A stretch of 64,000 nt of DNA from a bacterium (GCA_965219955.1 OZ244799.1:448001-512000); one strand, 5' to 3'. Counted from the stretch's first letter, positions 1 to 11,090 are shown. Translations and numbers: made by a program. The notes: generated from the letters alone by a model not told the origin.

Positions 1-22
1 GGCGAGCGGCATCAGGCGTCTC

Positions 23-1498
23 CTATCCCAAATCCCGCATGGCGGCGATGTAGAGTTCAGGGTTCGTGATCTGGGCGGCCACGAGCTGCGCCCACTCGAA
101 GAGCCAGTAGGCGCCGAGGCCGAAGACGACCGCGAAGGCCGAGAGGAAGGCGACCGAGCCGTAGATGCCTGCGCCCGCCACGCCGACCTCGCCGCCGCCC
201 GTCCCCCAGGCGTAGCGCTGGTACGTCGTGAAATTATAATAAAGCGATATGACGCCGAATCCCAGGGCGATCCCCGTCGCGAGCACGGCACCCTGGGAGA
301 ATCCCGCCTGGAGCACGAAGAGCTTGGCGAAAAAGCCCGTGAACGGCGGAAAGCCCGCCAGTGAGAGGAACCCCACCAGCATGAGCAGGCTCGCGAAGGG
401 CGCCTTGCCCATCATGCCGCCCATTTCTTCGAGATCGACCGTGCCGGTGAGCTTCTGGTTCAGCCCCGCGCCGAGCAGCATCGCGCTCTTGAGATAGGCG
501 TGGCCGACGATGTAGAAGACCGCCGCCGCGAGGCCGGCTTGGGATAACAGGGCGACGCCGAAGGCGATGTAGCCCAGCTGGTTGATGGTGCTGTAGGCCA
601 GGATGCGCTTGATGCTCGTCTGGGGCAGTGTGCCGAGCGCGCCCATGGCGATGGTCAGGAGGCACAGGAGGATCAGCCCGGGCTGCAGTATCAGGAACGC
701 CGCCGGGAAGATGAGCGTGGCGCAGCGGATGATCGAGTAGATGCCCACCTTGACGAGCACGCCCGCGAGGATCGCGCTGATGGGGGTGGGCGATATCGAG
801 TGCGCGGAGGGCAGCCACAGGTGCATCGGGAATATCGCCGCCTTCACGCTGAAGACGAAGACGAAGACGAGGGCCGTCACCACCATCAGGGGCGTGGGTC
901 CCAGGAGCTTTATCTTTACGGCGAGGTCGGCCATGTTCACCGTGCCCACCTGGGCGTAGAGCAGCGAGACGCCGAGCAGGAAGAACGCCGACGCGATCAG
1001 GTTCAGGCAGGTGTACTTGAAGGCCATCTCGAGCTGGTCGAGGTTGTAGTAGAAGCCCAGCAGCGCGTAGGTGGACATCAGCATGACTTCGAAGAACACG
1101 AACAGGTTGAACAGGTCGCCCGTGATGAAGCAGCCCTGCATCCCCATCAGGAGGAAGTGGAGCAGGGGGTGAAAGGCCTCTTTCCGCTGCTCGTCCGTGA
1201 GATAGCTCCTCGCGAAGACGGCGCACGCCCCCACGATGGAGGAGGAGAGGCAGAGCAGCGTGGCGGCGAGCCTGTCCGCCGCCAGGACGATGGCGTAGGG
1301 GAAAGGCCACAGGCCCATCCGGTGGACGAAGATCGTCCCGTCCGCCGTCGCATGCAGGAGCACGCCTGCGAAGATCAGGTTCGCCAGCAGCGCGAGCAGG
1401 CTCACCGACTCCTGCAGCGCGCGGTTCTTTCTGACGAGGAACAGGAACGTGCCCACCGCCAGCGGCAAGACGACGAACATGGGGAAGAAGGCGTTCAT
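23..1498 (-). CDS. mrpD: Mrp Na+/H+ antiporter subunit D
   Basis: Polytopic membrane protein with ITGDLFNLFVFFEVM and KAAIFPMHLWLP motifs; overlaps mrpC stop; the next ATG (12..10, probably mrpE) runs off the window. Confidence 0.93.
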   Translation of the reverse strand: MNAFFPMFVVLPLAVGTFLFLVRKNRALQESVSLLALLANLIFAGVLLHATADGTIFVHRMGLWPFPYAIVLAADRLAATLLCLSSSIVGACAVFARSYLTDEQRKEAFHPLLHFLLMGMQGCFITGDLFNLFVFFEVMLMSTYALLGFYYNLDQLEMAFKYTCLNLIASAFFLLGVSLLYAQVGTVNMADLAVKIKLLGPTPLMVVTALVFVFVFSVKAAIFPMHLWLPSAHSISPTPISAILAGVLVKVGIYSIIRCATLIFPAAFLILQPGLILLCLLTIAMGALGTLPQTSIKRILAYSTINQLGYIAFGVALLSQAGLAAAVFYIVGHAYLKSAMLLGAGLNQKLTGTVDLEEMGGMMGKAPFASLLMLVGFLSLAGFPPFTGFFAKLFVLQAGFSQGAVLATGIALGFGVISLYYNFTTYQRYAWGTGGGEVGVAGAGIYGSVAFLSAFAVVFGLGAYWLFEWAQLVAAQITNPELYIAAMRDLG

Positions 1499-1845
1499 CC
1501 CTTGAGCCTCCTGATCTCGTCGATGTCGTCGGTGCCGAACTTGCGGTAGGTGAAGAACGCGAGCACGAGCAGAAACGCCGTTACGGCCAGGCTGATGACG
1601 ATGGCGGTCAGCACCATGGCCTGGGGCAGGGGGTCCACGTAGGCGAACGGGTCCAGCGGCCCGCCCGTCTTGGGGACGATGGGCGCCTTTCCGTCCCCCA
1701 CCCAGCCGGAGGCGACGATCATCAGGTTCGCGGCGTGGCTCAGCACCGCCATGCCGAGCACGACCTGAATGATCCTGCGCTGCATGATGAGGTAGGAAGC
1801 CACCGTCACCAGCACGCCGATGATCATCGCCAGTATCCAGACCAC
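1495..1845 (-). CDS. mrpC: Mrp Na+/H+ antiporter subunit C
   Basis: 116 aa, 3 TM, DPLPQAMVLTAIVI motif; GTG start after GGAG RBS. Confidence 0.93.
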   Translation of the reverse strand: MVWILAMIIGVLVTVASYLIMQRRIIQVVLGMAVLSHAANLMIVASGWVGDGKAPIVPKTGGPLDPFAYVDPLPQAMVLTAIVISLAVTAFLLVLAFFTYRKFGTDDIDEIRRLKG

Positions 1846-1956
1846 GTTATTGTCTCCTGCGCGCTTTTACGTCGGGAACCATATATTCGAGTTGACGACT
1901 TCCTGTTAAGTTCATGATTCCCTTTCCAAAACGACTCCCCAAGATTGGGTTGTTTT

Positions 1957-2166
1957 CACTCCCCCCTTGAGGGTTTTTGCTACCCCAAGTAGAGAGGAAA
2001 TTCACTCCCCCCTTGAGGGGGAGTCGATGAGCTAAGGGCGTAAGCCCGCAAGCGAATCGGTGGGGGGTATAATTCGGAATGGCAAGAAAACGCATTTTAC
2101 CCCCCACCGAGTCAGCCTTCGCACAAAACGCTCGGCTTCCTCGACTCCCCCTCAAGGGGGGAGTGA
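1957..2166. repeat. Family C hairpin element (ACTCCCCCCTTGAGGGGGAGT...CTCCCCCTCAAGGGGGGAGT)
   Basis: Near-identical copy at ~8050-8235, inverted copy at ~13888-14092, fragments at ~7125 and ~32030. Confidence 0.85.
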
Positions 2167-2234
2167 TTTCAGCACTCCCTTTTCGAATCCAGACCACGTT
2201 AATACCTCCTACTGCTATCCAGCTTCCTGGTTTT

Positions 2235-2343
2235 CCTCATCCTGAGTAGCCGCCGAAGGCGGCGTATCGAAGGATGCCCACTTGCCCGCCGGGAGACGTC
2301 CCCATCCTTCGATACGGCGCATGCGCGCCTACTCAGGATGAGG
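2235..2343. repeat. Family D hairpin doublet (CCTCATCCTGAGTAGCCGCCGAAGGCGGCGTATCGAAGG)
   Basis: Inverted pair; related copies at ~8800-8940, 32085-32265, 60385-60450, 60720-60820, 62094-62320. Confidence 0.85.
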
Positions 2344-2366
2344 TGTTGTTGCCGCCTGCGCGGTTT

Positions 2367-2463
2367 GTAGGTCGGTTTGTAGGTCGGACATATATGTCCG
2401 ACTTATATGCGACCCTGCTTTTTTTCGCCTCTCAGTCATGGGCAGCATATATGCGGCCCCTAC
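2367..2463. repeat. GTAG-headed REP-like palindrome pair
   Basis: GTAGGTCGGACATATATGTCCGAC plus inverted GGGCAGCATATATGCGGCCCCTAC. Confidence 0.75.
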
Positions 2464-2537
2464 AAAAGATCATGTCCCCTCCGGCGCGGTTGCGGGCTTC
2501 TCCCTTACCATGCCGCCCGCTCCGCAGCCTTTATTCT

Positions 2538-2950
<413 letters not shown>

Positions 2951-2963
<13 letters not shown>

Positions 2964-5296
2964 TTCGTCTCTCCCACGAGCCGCAAGAGGGCGTAGACGG
3001 CGATGCCCGCGATGACGAGCACGGTGATCTCGCCCAGCGTGTCATACCCCCGGTAATCGACGATGATGGCGTTCACCACGTTCTTGAAGCCCGCCACCGG
3101 CTTGCTCGTGCGCATGAAGTAATCGGCGATCGTGCGGAACTGGTGCGTGTTCATGGCGGCGGCCATGACGAGCGTCGTGCAGACGCCGAGCCCTATCGCG
3201 ATGCCCCAGTCGCGCAGCTTCTTCGCCGCCGAGACCCGCACGGGCTTGAGTTCGGGCAGGTAGTAGAACACCAGCAGGAAGAGCACGACGGAGGCCGATT
3301 CGACCATGATCTGGGTGAGCGCCAGATCGGGCGCCTTCAGGAGCAGGAACAGCCCCGCGATGCCGTAGCCCATCGTGCCGAGGGCGAGGATGGCCGGGAT
3401 TCTCCGCTTGAACAGCGCGGTGGCGAGGGCCGCGCCCATGATCATGAGCGCGATGACGACGAGCAGGAACGACGCGCCCGCGAAGCCTTTGGGAAAGACG
3501 TTCGCGCCCCAGTCCAACCGCCAGGCGAGGTAGAGTACGGCGGCGGTGGGCAGGACGAACATCCAGCGCATGTATCTTCTCAGGTTCCCGTCCTGGATGA
3601 GCATGAGGATCTCCCAGGTGCCCTCGCGCAGCCAGTTCACGAAGCCGTCATAGATTCTGTCGGGCGCGGGGGCCTTGCCCCAGGCGGTGGCGACGGCGTC
3701 GAGCACTTTCTTGACATGCGCGAAGCCGAAATAAAGCGCCAGGCCCAGCGCCATCGTGATGACCGACATGATGAGCGGGGTGTTTATTCCGTGCCAGAGG
3801 CCGAGGTGAAGCTCCACCTTCGCCCCGCCGCCCAGCGTGGCTTGTGCCGCGGGCGCGACGATGGCGTTCTCGATCAGGCCCGGCGCGAGACCGAACGCGA
3901 GCGCGAGAAGAACGAGTATCGCGGGCGCGGCCAGCATACCCATCGGCGGGTCGTGGGGATGCTTGGGCGCATCGCCTTCCGCCGCCTGCCAGTAGGGCTC
4001 GCTTAAGAATCTCAGGTGATAGAGCGCCGTGAACACGCCTGCGAATACGGTGATATACGGCCAGAACCAGCTCCAGGATCCGGGGCCGCCGGGGTGGAGG
4101 CTCACCTCGTAGAGCATCTCCTTGGTGATGAATCCCCCCATGGGCGGTATGCCGATGAGGCTCAGCGCCGCTATGACGGCGAGTACGTGCGTCCTGGGCA
4201 TGAGTTTCTTCAGGTTGCCGAGCAGCCTCACGTCGCGCGTGCCCGCCTCGTGGTCGATGATGCCCACCGTCATGAACATCGCCGCCTTGGCCGCCGCGTG
4301 GTTGTAGAGGTGGAGCGTCGCGCCGATGATCGCCCCCTTGCCGCCGTAGCCCAGGAAGGTGACGATGAGGCCCAACTGGCTGATGGTGCCATACGCCAGT
4401 ATTGCTTTTAAGTCATAAGCCCTGAGCGATAACAAACCCCCCGCTATCATCGTCGTCATGCCGAAGCCCGTGACCACGTAGCCCCAGGCGGGGTGCGCGC
4501 CCAGGATGGGGTAGAAGCGCGAGAGGAGGTAGATGCCCGCCTTCACCATGGTGGCCGAGTGCAGGAACGCGCTGATGGGCGTGGGCGCTTCCATGGCGTT
4601 CGGCAGCCAGATGTGGAAGGGCCACTGCGCGCTCTTGGTGGCCGCGCCCAGGATGATCAAGAGGAATACGCCGAGCGATACCTGGCTGGCAATGTCCGGC
4701 ATGAGAACGAGTTGGGATAGCCGCCACTCGCCGCCTAAATCGCCCAGGAGCAGAAATCCCCCCAGCATGGCGAGGCCGCCGCTGCCCGTGATGAGGATGG
4801 CCTTGGTCGCGCCGTAGTTCGAGGCGTCCCTGTCCGACCAGAAGCCGATGAGGAAGAACGAGGTGATGCTCGTGAGTTCCCAGAAGATGAACAGCGATAT
4901 CAGGTGATCGGAGAACACCACGCCCAGCATCGAGCCCATGAACGCGATGAGAAAGCCGTAGTAGCGGCCGAGCGCCTCGTGTTCGTGCAGGTACCAGTGG
5001 GAGTAGAGGACGATGAGCGCGCCCATGCCCGCCACGAGGAGCCCCCACATGAGGCTCAGGCCGTCCACCATGAACGAGATTTCCACGTTCGCGGCGGGGA
5101 CCCAGGCGATGGCGCGCGTGAAGGTCTGCCGCCCGCCCGCCGCCCATTCGCCGTAGAGGCCGATGAGCGCCCAGATGCTCACGATGGGCGCGACCATGGC
5201 GAACCACGCGGCGTGTTTGCGGAAACGCTCCGCGAACCAGGGGATGATGAGGGCGGCTGCGAACGGGAAGAACACGATGATGAAGGTGTTGTCCAA
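2951..5296 (-). CDS. mrpA: Mrp Na+/H+ antiporter subunit A
   Basis: [35 protein letters not shown] and [11 protein letters not shown] motifs; start reassigned to TTG 5296 because the ORF-track extension reads through repeat DNA. Confidence 0.93.
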
Positions 5297-5417
5297 AACG
5301 AGCGCCCTTCGGGAGTGGTTTTCCGTGAACCGAATACCATGCCTTGCGTTTTGCGCTTCGGTGATAATGGCATAATCTCTTGCATCGGACAACGAAGCGG
5401 CAACCTCCTTCGTTGAA

Positions 5418-5575
5418 AGGCAACCCCCCCTACCCCCCCTTGTCAGGGGGGTATAAAAAGGCGATGCGCCCCCGACGGGCTGAGGGGGTTTTGTTTTTTC
5501 TTGCCCCCCTGACAAGGGGGGGTAGGGGGGGTTGCCTTTATCCCCTGAGCAGGGGAACATTTTCAACAACCCCCA
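5418..5575. repeat. Family B hairpin doublet (CCCCCTACCCCCCTTGTCAGGGGG...CCCCTGACAAGGGGGGGTAGGGGG) plus TIR-like TTTTCAACAACCCC
   Basis: Related copies at ~8265-8300, 18654-18800, 50085-50120, 60558-60690, 62375-62460. Confidence 0.85.
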
Positions 5576-5654
5576 AGACACGGAACAACAAGGAGGCTTC
5601 CATCTTGAGCGAGACGACCTACCACCTCTACGCCCTGTGCCAGGGTTCGCGCGC
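5565..5654 (+). pseudogene. Duplicated RBS and first ~17 codons of the lactonase-like gene at 7226
   Basis: ~90 bp matches 7185-7275 with about 5 substitutions; reads LSETTYHLYALCQGSRA then diverges. Confidence 0.85.
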
Positions 5655-5841
5655 CGGTCGTTATCGACACGGGCAACACCCAAATACGTCCTTTTGAATG
5701 GACCTGCTCCGGCAAACTCCTGGCCATTATGATCAGTCAACTTATTTCAAAGCCGAAACACGAATTGAACATCTCTTGTATTGCTTTTACAATTCCCCTG
5801 GTGCCATCATTTTCTGTGTAAAGCGGAATGGAGGGAGCGAA

Positions 5842-6930
5842 ATGAACAGGATTGTGTTTGCTTTGATCATATTGCTGCTTGTGGCATCACCCGCCAATGG
5901 AGCGGGGTGCAAGGAGGCGGTGGAGAAAGAGACCCAATCCTGGCTGGAGGATTGCCAGGCGAAGTGTGAGAAGAAACTTACCTGTGGCTGTGCGTTGACA
6001 GCTGCATTTCGCAAAAAAGCGGTGTATTGGCCGTCCTGCTTGGCGGCTGTGGCGTCGATGAAGCTTTCCACTGTTGAGAGAACGTGGAAAGGCCATTGGA
6101 TAGGAAAGGGACCGGACACCGAAGCGCCAGCGGCTCGTCGCGGCGACGGAACTCCGGAACCTGACGACGGCCTGTTTAACGATCCGCCTCCTCAAATCTT
6201 GGCGAACTGCGAGATCGGCTACTCTTTCACGACTTCATCAGGCGGGAGGTATTTCTTCTGGCAGAAAGACGCCGGTGAACTCAAGCCATCCGCTTGGGGA
6301 GGGGCTTGTATCAAAGGCAAGAGCACCGCCAGCCTGTATCAGGCCACCGGACGCGGCACGGTCGATTTCGGAATAACCGGTTCCAATTTTACGGGGGATT
6401 TTCGCAACGGAAAGGCATGGAGTGGCCAAGGGGTGTTCTGGAGCAAGCGGGGCTTCAGGTTCGAGGGAGAGCTTCGTAACGGTGAACCGTGGAACGGAAA
6501 GGAAACGTCGCGTTTCGCCCCGGAAGAGAACACGGAGTACCGTAATGGCAAGCCGGTAAAAGCGGTGTCGAAGGATGAACCGTTGAAGCCGTTTGGACCG
6601 AACTGGATCATCGCTGAAAACCAGCCTTGCCAAGTGCACAATCCCAATCCGGTACAGGGCGAGACGGTTACTTGGTCGGGGGAGTGTGCGGCCGGCAAGG
6701 CGTTCGGTAAGGGTCGGTTGGTCTGGCGGTCAAGCGACGTTACACAAACCTACGATGGCGAGTATTTCCGAGGCTATAAGCACGGACGCGGAACTTTCAC
6801 CTGGGAAAACGGCAACCGCTATGAGGGCATGTGGCGCGACGGCAAAGAACACGGGCGCGGAACTGTCACCCTCTCCAACGGCGACCGCTATGATGTAGAG
6901 TTCCGCTACGGCAAGAGGCTCAGAAACTGA
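5842..6930 (+). CDS. Secreted MORN-repeat protein
   Basis: Signal peptide MNRIVFALIILLLVASPANG; C-terminal YDGEYFRGYKHGRGTFTWENGNRYEGMWRDGKEHGRG repeats; GGAGGGAG RBS before ATG 5842. Confidence 0.85.
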   Translation: MNRIVFALIILLLVASPANGAGCKEAVEKETQSWLEDCQAKCEKKLTCGCALTAAFRKKAVYWPSCLAAVASMKLSTVERTWKGHWIGKGPDTEAPAARRGDGTPEPDDGLFNDPPPQILANCEIGYSFTTSSGGRYFFWQKDAGELKPSAWGGACIKGKSTASLYQATGRGTVDFGITGSNFTGDFRNGKAWSGQGVFWSKRGFRFEGELRNGEPWNGKETSRFAPEENTEYRNGKPVKAVSKDEPLKPFGPNWIIAENQPCQVHNPNPVQGETVTWSGECAAGKAFGKGRLVWRSSDVTQTYDGEYFRGYKHGRGTFTWENGNRYEGMWRDGKEHGRGTVTLSNGDRYDVEFRYGKRLRN

Positions 6931-7225
6931 ACTGTCACCACCGCAAAAAGCGGTCGCTATGTAGTCGAGGCACGTCATGGCTGTATTGAAATACTCGGTT
7001 TCGTAGAAATGGGGATAGGGGCTGCTAGCAGGGCGGCCTGCGGCTTCAGGTAGCGTTACAAGCTACACACCCAGCGATGTATCCACCCATCCGGCTGCCG
7101 AGTCTTGCCGCCGGCCCGGCTCGGCCTCTTCGACTCCCCCTCAAAGAGAGAGTTAACTTTAGCGCTCTCACTGCGGACTTATTTAACAACCCCCCAAGAC
7201 ACGGAACGACAAGGAGGCTTCCATT

Positions 7226-7996
7226 TTGAGCGAGACGACCTACAACCTCTACGCCCTGTGCCAGGGCTCACGCGCGTGCGACGCCTCCTGGCTTTTATAT
7301 CTCAGCGAATCGGGGAGGACGCGCACGCTGCCCTATTTCTTCTGGGTGCTGATGCCCGAAGGCGAGGGCGCCCCGGTCGTCATCGACACCGGCTTCAGCG
7401 AGGAGTCCCAGAAGAAGCGAAACCCCGACTACGCCGACTACCGCCCGCAGCATGAGTTGCTCAAGAATTTCGATCTGAAGCCGTCCGAAGTCGAGACGCT
7501 CATCGTGAGCCACCTCCATTGGGATCACTTCATGTCGCCGAGGCTGTTCACCGGGGCGCGGTTTTATCTCCAGAAGCGCGAACTCGATTTCTGGCGGAGC
7601 GACGCGGCGGAATACCACTTCATCAACCATTTCCTGGGCGATCTCGAAGAAGCGGAGAAGCTGCTTGAAGCAGGCCGTATGAAACTCGTGGACGGGGAGG
7701 CGGAGATTGCCGACGGCGTGCGCGTCCACTGGACGGGCGGCCACACGCCGGGCCACCAGATCGTCCGCTTCCGAACGGCGCGCGGCTGGGCGGTGCTCGC
7801 CGTGGACGCGGCCTATCTCTACCGGAGCCTCGAATCCATGATACCGCCGGGCATCCACATCCACGTGGACGACGCCCTGCGCGCCTTGGAGACCGTGAAG
7901 GACCTCGCCGACGCCCCCGACCTCATCTTCGCCGGCCACGACGAGACGGACTTGAGACGGGAGGAGGTGTACCCGGGCGTGAGGCGGTTTGTGTAG
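7226..7996 (+). CDS. Metallo-beta-lactamase-fold hydrolase, N-acyl-homoserine lactonase family
   Basis: IDTG, SHLHWDH, GGHTPGHQ and AGHD motifs; AAGGAGG RBS, TTG start. Confidence 0.85.
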   Translation: MSETTYNLYALCQGSRACDASWLLYLSESGRTRTLPYFFWVLMPEGEGAPVVIDTGFSEESQKKRNPDYADYRPQHELLKNFDLKPSEVETLIVSHLHWDHFMSPRLFTGARFYLQKRELDFWRSDAAEYHFINHFLGDLEEAEKLLEAGRMKLVDGEAEIADGVRVHWTGGHTPGHQIVRFRTARGWAVLAVDAAYLYRSLESMIPPGIHIHVDDALRALETVKDLADAPDLIFAGHDETDLRREEVYPGVRRFV

Positions 7997-8017
7997 GGGA
8001 GTGGTTGTAAAGGGATC

Positions 8018-8510
8018 GTAGGGGCGGACCGATGTGTCCGCCCTGTCGGCTACCCAAGTAGAGAGGAAATTCACTCCCCCCTTGAGGGGGAGTCAGTGAG
8101 CTAAGGGCGCAAGCCCGCAAGCGAACTGGTGGGGGGTATAATTCGGAATGGCGATAAAACGCGATTCACCCCCCACCGAATCGGCCTTTGCACAAACCGC
8201 TCGGCCTCTTCGACTCCCCCTCAAGGGGGGAGTGGATACTTTTTTGCGGGTGTTGCTTTTTCTTGCCCCCCTGTCAAGGGGGGGGTAGGGGGGTTGGTTT
8301 TCAAGGCGAGAGCCTGCGCCGTCGCCCGGTTTCGAGTTTTGGCCGTCATTCCGGCAATCATTTCCGACCAAGGCGGGAGGGAATGCGGAATCCATTTTCA
8401 AGCAGAATGACAATACGCCGGCTTTTCATCTCCCCGTCATTGGCGCGAACCAATCAAAAAATAAAAAACAAAGGCAAAACAAATGGATTCCGGCTCAAGG
8501 CCGGAATGAC
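8018..8510. repeat. Composite repeat cluster: GTAG-REP, family C, family B half, family A doublet
   Basis: Units match copies at 1981-2166, 18770-18845 and 25211-25343. Confidence 0.8.
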
Positions 8511-8546
8511 GATCAAAAGCCATTTGCCTTTCCTGCACTCTCGGCT

Positions 8547-9245
8547 TTACCCACGCATTTCCCCGCAATTGCCGTACTCCGTGTAACCCCGCATTCCGGT
8601 ATCGTGCGCGCGACGCGGGAAAGAAATTCGCCCGCGTGATTTGGAATGGAACCGGAAGGAGAGGAGGCTTTCTCATGGGATGCGGTGATGAGGCGAGCGT
8701 GAAGGCGGCGATCCCTTTTGAAAAGTCCGCAAACGCTCGCTCCGCGGGGCTGTTGATAAAGTCCTGTCTGCGACCCACGCAAACGGCCAACGCCTCTTTC
8801 CTCACCCTGAGTAGCCGCCGAAGGCGGCGTATCGGAAGGGCGAGGGGTGTCGAACGCCTTGTGCCGGGTGAGAGCAAACACTCATTCATCAATCGCGTTT
8901 GACCTTCGATACGCGGCTCCGCCGCTACTCAGGATGAGGCGGAGAGGGGTTTTTCAACAGCTCCTCCTCACTCGTGTTTGACCTCCTCAGGGGGGCTTTT
9001 TCTCGCCGCGGCGGTGCGCTCATGGAACGGGGATGGATGATGAAAATGAAAATAATGATATTTTCGATAAAATTGGATAAATTCACGATGTTTTTCGATA
9101 AATTTCTGAAATTTCATACTCCCGTAAATTGCTGTAATCAAAAGAGTTACATTTCAAATCTTAGCGTATCGCACTCAGATTCGGCGGCAAAAAAAGTTTT
9201 CTGGTTCCCGCGCATTTGCCCGCAACTCCGCGCATTTCCCCGTCC
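8547..9245 (+). repeat. Phased-motif dispersed element, interrupted by a TIR-bracketed family D unit at 8746-8964
   Basis: Colinear with the reverse complement of ~47785-48272; CCGCA repeats at the ends, GATAAATT repeats in the core. Confidence 0.7.
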
Positions 9246-9365
9246 CGCATCATGACGCAGGCGAGTCCCTCCCTCCCCGGTCAGGATCGACGGAAAGCAT
9301 GGCGGTATCAAAGACCTTGGGGTATGGTGTCGCCCAACCATTCACCTCCAGATAGGGAACGCGAC

Positions 9366-10379
9366 ATGAAAGTAGGGCTCTTCATCACCAACCAGCAGCA
9401 CTTGGAAACCGACATGGTCAGCGCCCTGGACGAGCAGTACGCCATGGTGCGCCTGGCGCGCGACAAGGGCTGGGACTCGCTCTTCACCGGGCAGCACTAC
9501 CTGAACGAGGGCAACAACAAGCAGCTCCAGATCGTGCCCTTCCTCGCGCGGCTCCAGGCCGAGGCGGGCGAGATGACGCTCGGGCTCGGCATCCTGCTCA
9601 TCAACCTGCACAACCCGGTCTACGTCGCCGAGACGGTGGCGACGATGGACGTCCTCTGCCGGGGGAACTTCGTGTTCGGGATAGGCCTCGGCTACCGCGA
9701 GGCGGAGTTCGACGCCTTCCAGGTGCCGAAAGGACAGCGCGTGCGACGCTTCGAGGAGTGCCTGGAACTCGTGAAGCGCCTCTGGACGGAGGAGGAGGTC
9801 ACCTGGGAGGATGAGGTCTGCAAGCTCGACGCCGTGCGCATGAACATCCGCCCCGTGCAGAAGCCGTATCCGCCGATCTGGGTGGCGGCGAATAACGACA
9901 AGGCCATCGAGCGCGCCGCGCGCATCGGGGACAACTGGTTCATCAACCCCCACTCCACCACGGCGACCATCAAACGCCAGATGACGCTCTACCGCGCGGA
10001 ACTCGACCGCTGCGGCAAGCCGTTCCCGGCCGAATTTCCCTGCATCAAGGAGGTCTTCTGCAGCCACGACAAAAAGAGCGCCCTCGAGATGGCGGGGCCC
10101 TATCTGTTCGGCAAATACCAGGACTACGCCAAGTGGGGCCAGGACGACGCCATGCCCGAGGATGAGAGCTTCGACCAGGAATTCGACGATTTGCTCAAGG
10201 ACCGCTTCGTCCTCGGCTCGCCCGAGGAGTGCTACGAGCAACTCCGCCCCTACTGGGAGGAGGTGGGGATGAACCACCTCGTCATCCGCACCCACTGGGC
10301 GGGGATGCCGCTTTCCACGGCGCTTCACAGCATGCGGATGATCTCGGACGAACTCATGCCGGCGCTCCGGAAAATCTGA
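9366..10379 (+). CDS. LLM-class flavin-dependent oxidoreductase (luciferase-like)
   Basis: NPVYVAETVATMD, GIGLGYREAEF and PRPVQ-like RPVQKPYPPIWVAA motifs. Confidence 0.9.
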   Translation: MKVGLFITNQQHLETDMVSALDEQYAMVRLARDKGWDSLFTGQHYLNEGNNKQLQIVPFLARLQAEAGEMTLGLGILLINLHNPVYVAETVATMDVLCRGNFVFGIGLGYREAEFDAFQVPKGQRVRRFEECLELVKRLWTEEEVTWEDEVCKLDAVRMNIRPVQKPYPPIWVAANNDKAIERAARIGDNWFINPHSTTATIKRQMTLYRAELDRCGKPFPAEFPCIKEVFCSHDKKSALEMAGPYLFGKYQDYAKWGQDDAMPEDESFDQEFDDLLKDRFVLGSPEECYEQLRPYWEEVGMNHLVIRTHWAGMPLSTALHSMRMISDELMPALRKI

Positions 10380-10568
10380 GGGATTTCCGTCCTGCCGACA
10401 GGGGGAGAATTCACGGGCGGCGAAGCCCGGCTCCCCGGTATGTCATGGCCCCGCAGGCTTCGGACTCAAGCTTAGGGCCGTGAAAATCCCTCGTGCATAG
10501 ACGGGTGAAACGTGGTATATTGACGCCACTTCAAGACAGCGCATGGCCGCAAAATGTGGGGGTTCGAT

Positions 10569-11090
10569 ATGTCTGAAAAAAGGATGATATCTTTCGTTCT
10601 CAACGGCGAACCCGTCGATGCGATGGTTCCCGTGAACCGCTATCTGGTGGACCTCATCCGCGAGGATTTGGGCATGATGGGCACCAAGCGCGCCTGCGAT
10701 CAGGGGGCGTGCGGCTCCTGCTCGATCATCATGGACGGTGAACTCATCAGCTCCTGCCTCGTCCTCGCGGTGCGCGCCGACGGGGCGAACGTCGAGACGA
10801 TAGAAGGCCTCGGCGGCCTCGAAGACCTGCATCCCCTGCAAGCCGCCTTCGCCTCCTACGGCGCCACGCAGTGCGGCTATTGCACGCCGGGGATGATCGT
10901 CTCGGCCAAGAAGCTGCTCGAGGAGAATCCCGACCCCTCAGAGGCGGAGATTCAGCACTGGCTCACCGGAAACCTCTGCCGCTGCACGGGGTATCGCCAG
11001 ATCATCTCGGCGATTCGCGCCGTGGCCGAGGGCAGGACCGAACCCGAATCCCCCATCACGGTGCCCACGGTGAAGGCCTACGACGACTAA
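10569..11090 (+). CDS. [2Fe-2S]-binding small subunit of molybdo-hydroxylase (CoxS/CutS family)
   Basis: GTKRACDQGACGSC, QCGYCTPG and GNLCRCTGY motifs. Confidence 0.92.
   Translation: MSEKRMISFVLNGEPVDAMVPVNRYLVDLIREDLGMMGTKRACDQGACGSCSIIMDGELISSCLVLAVRADGANVETIEGLGGLEDLHPLQAAFASYGATQCGYCTPGMIVSAKKLLEENPDPSEAEIQHWLTGNLCRCTGYRQIISAIRAVAEGRTEPESPITVPTVKAYDD

Noticed and set aside
5297-5740. N-terminal extension of mrpA in the ORF track
   Set aside because: Reads through family B repeat DNA (PPYPPLSGG, PLTRGGRGG); a TTG with RBS at 5296 gives a typical MrpA length
8093-9255. Short ORFs in repeat clusters (also 16566-17064, 18653-19601, 31838-32519, 47837-48726, 60130-60687)
   Set aside because: Translations of palindromic repeats (VIPAKAGI, VGTGLRACP, KLDKFT); similarity is at DNA level with inconsistent frames
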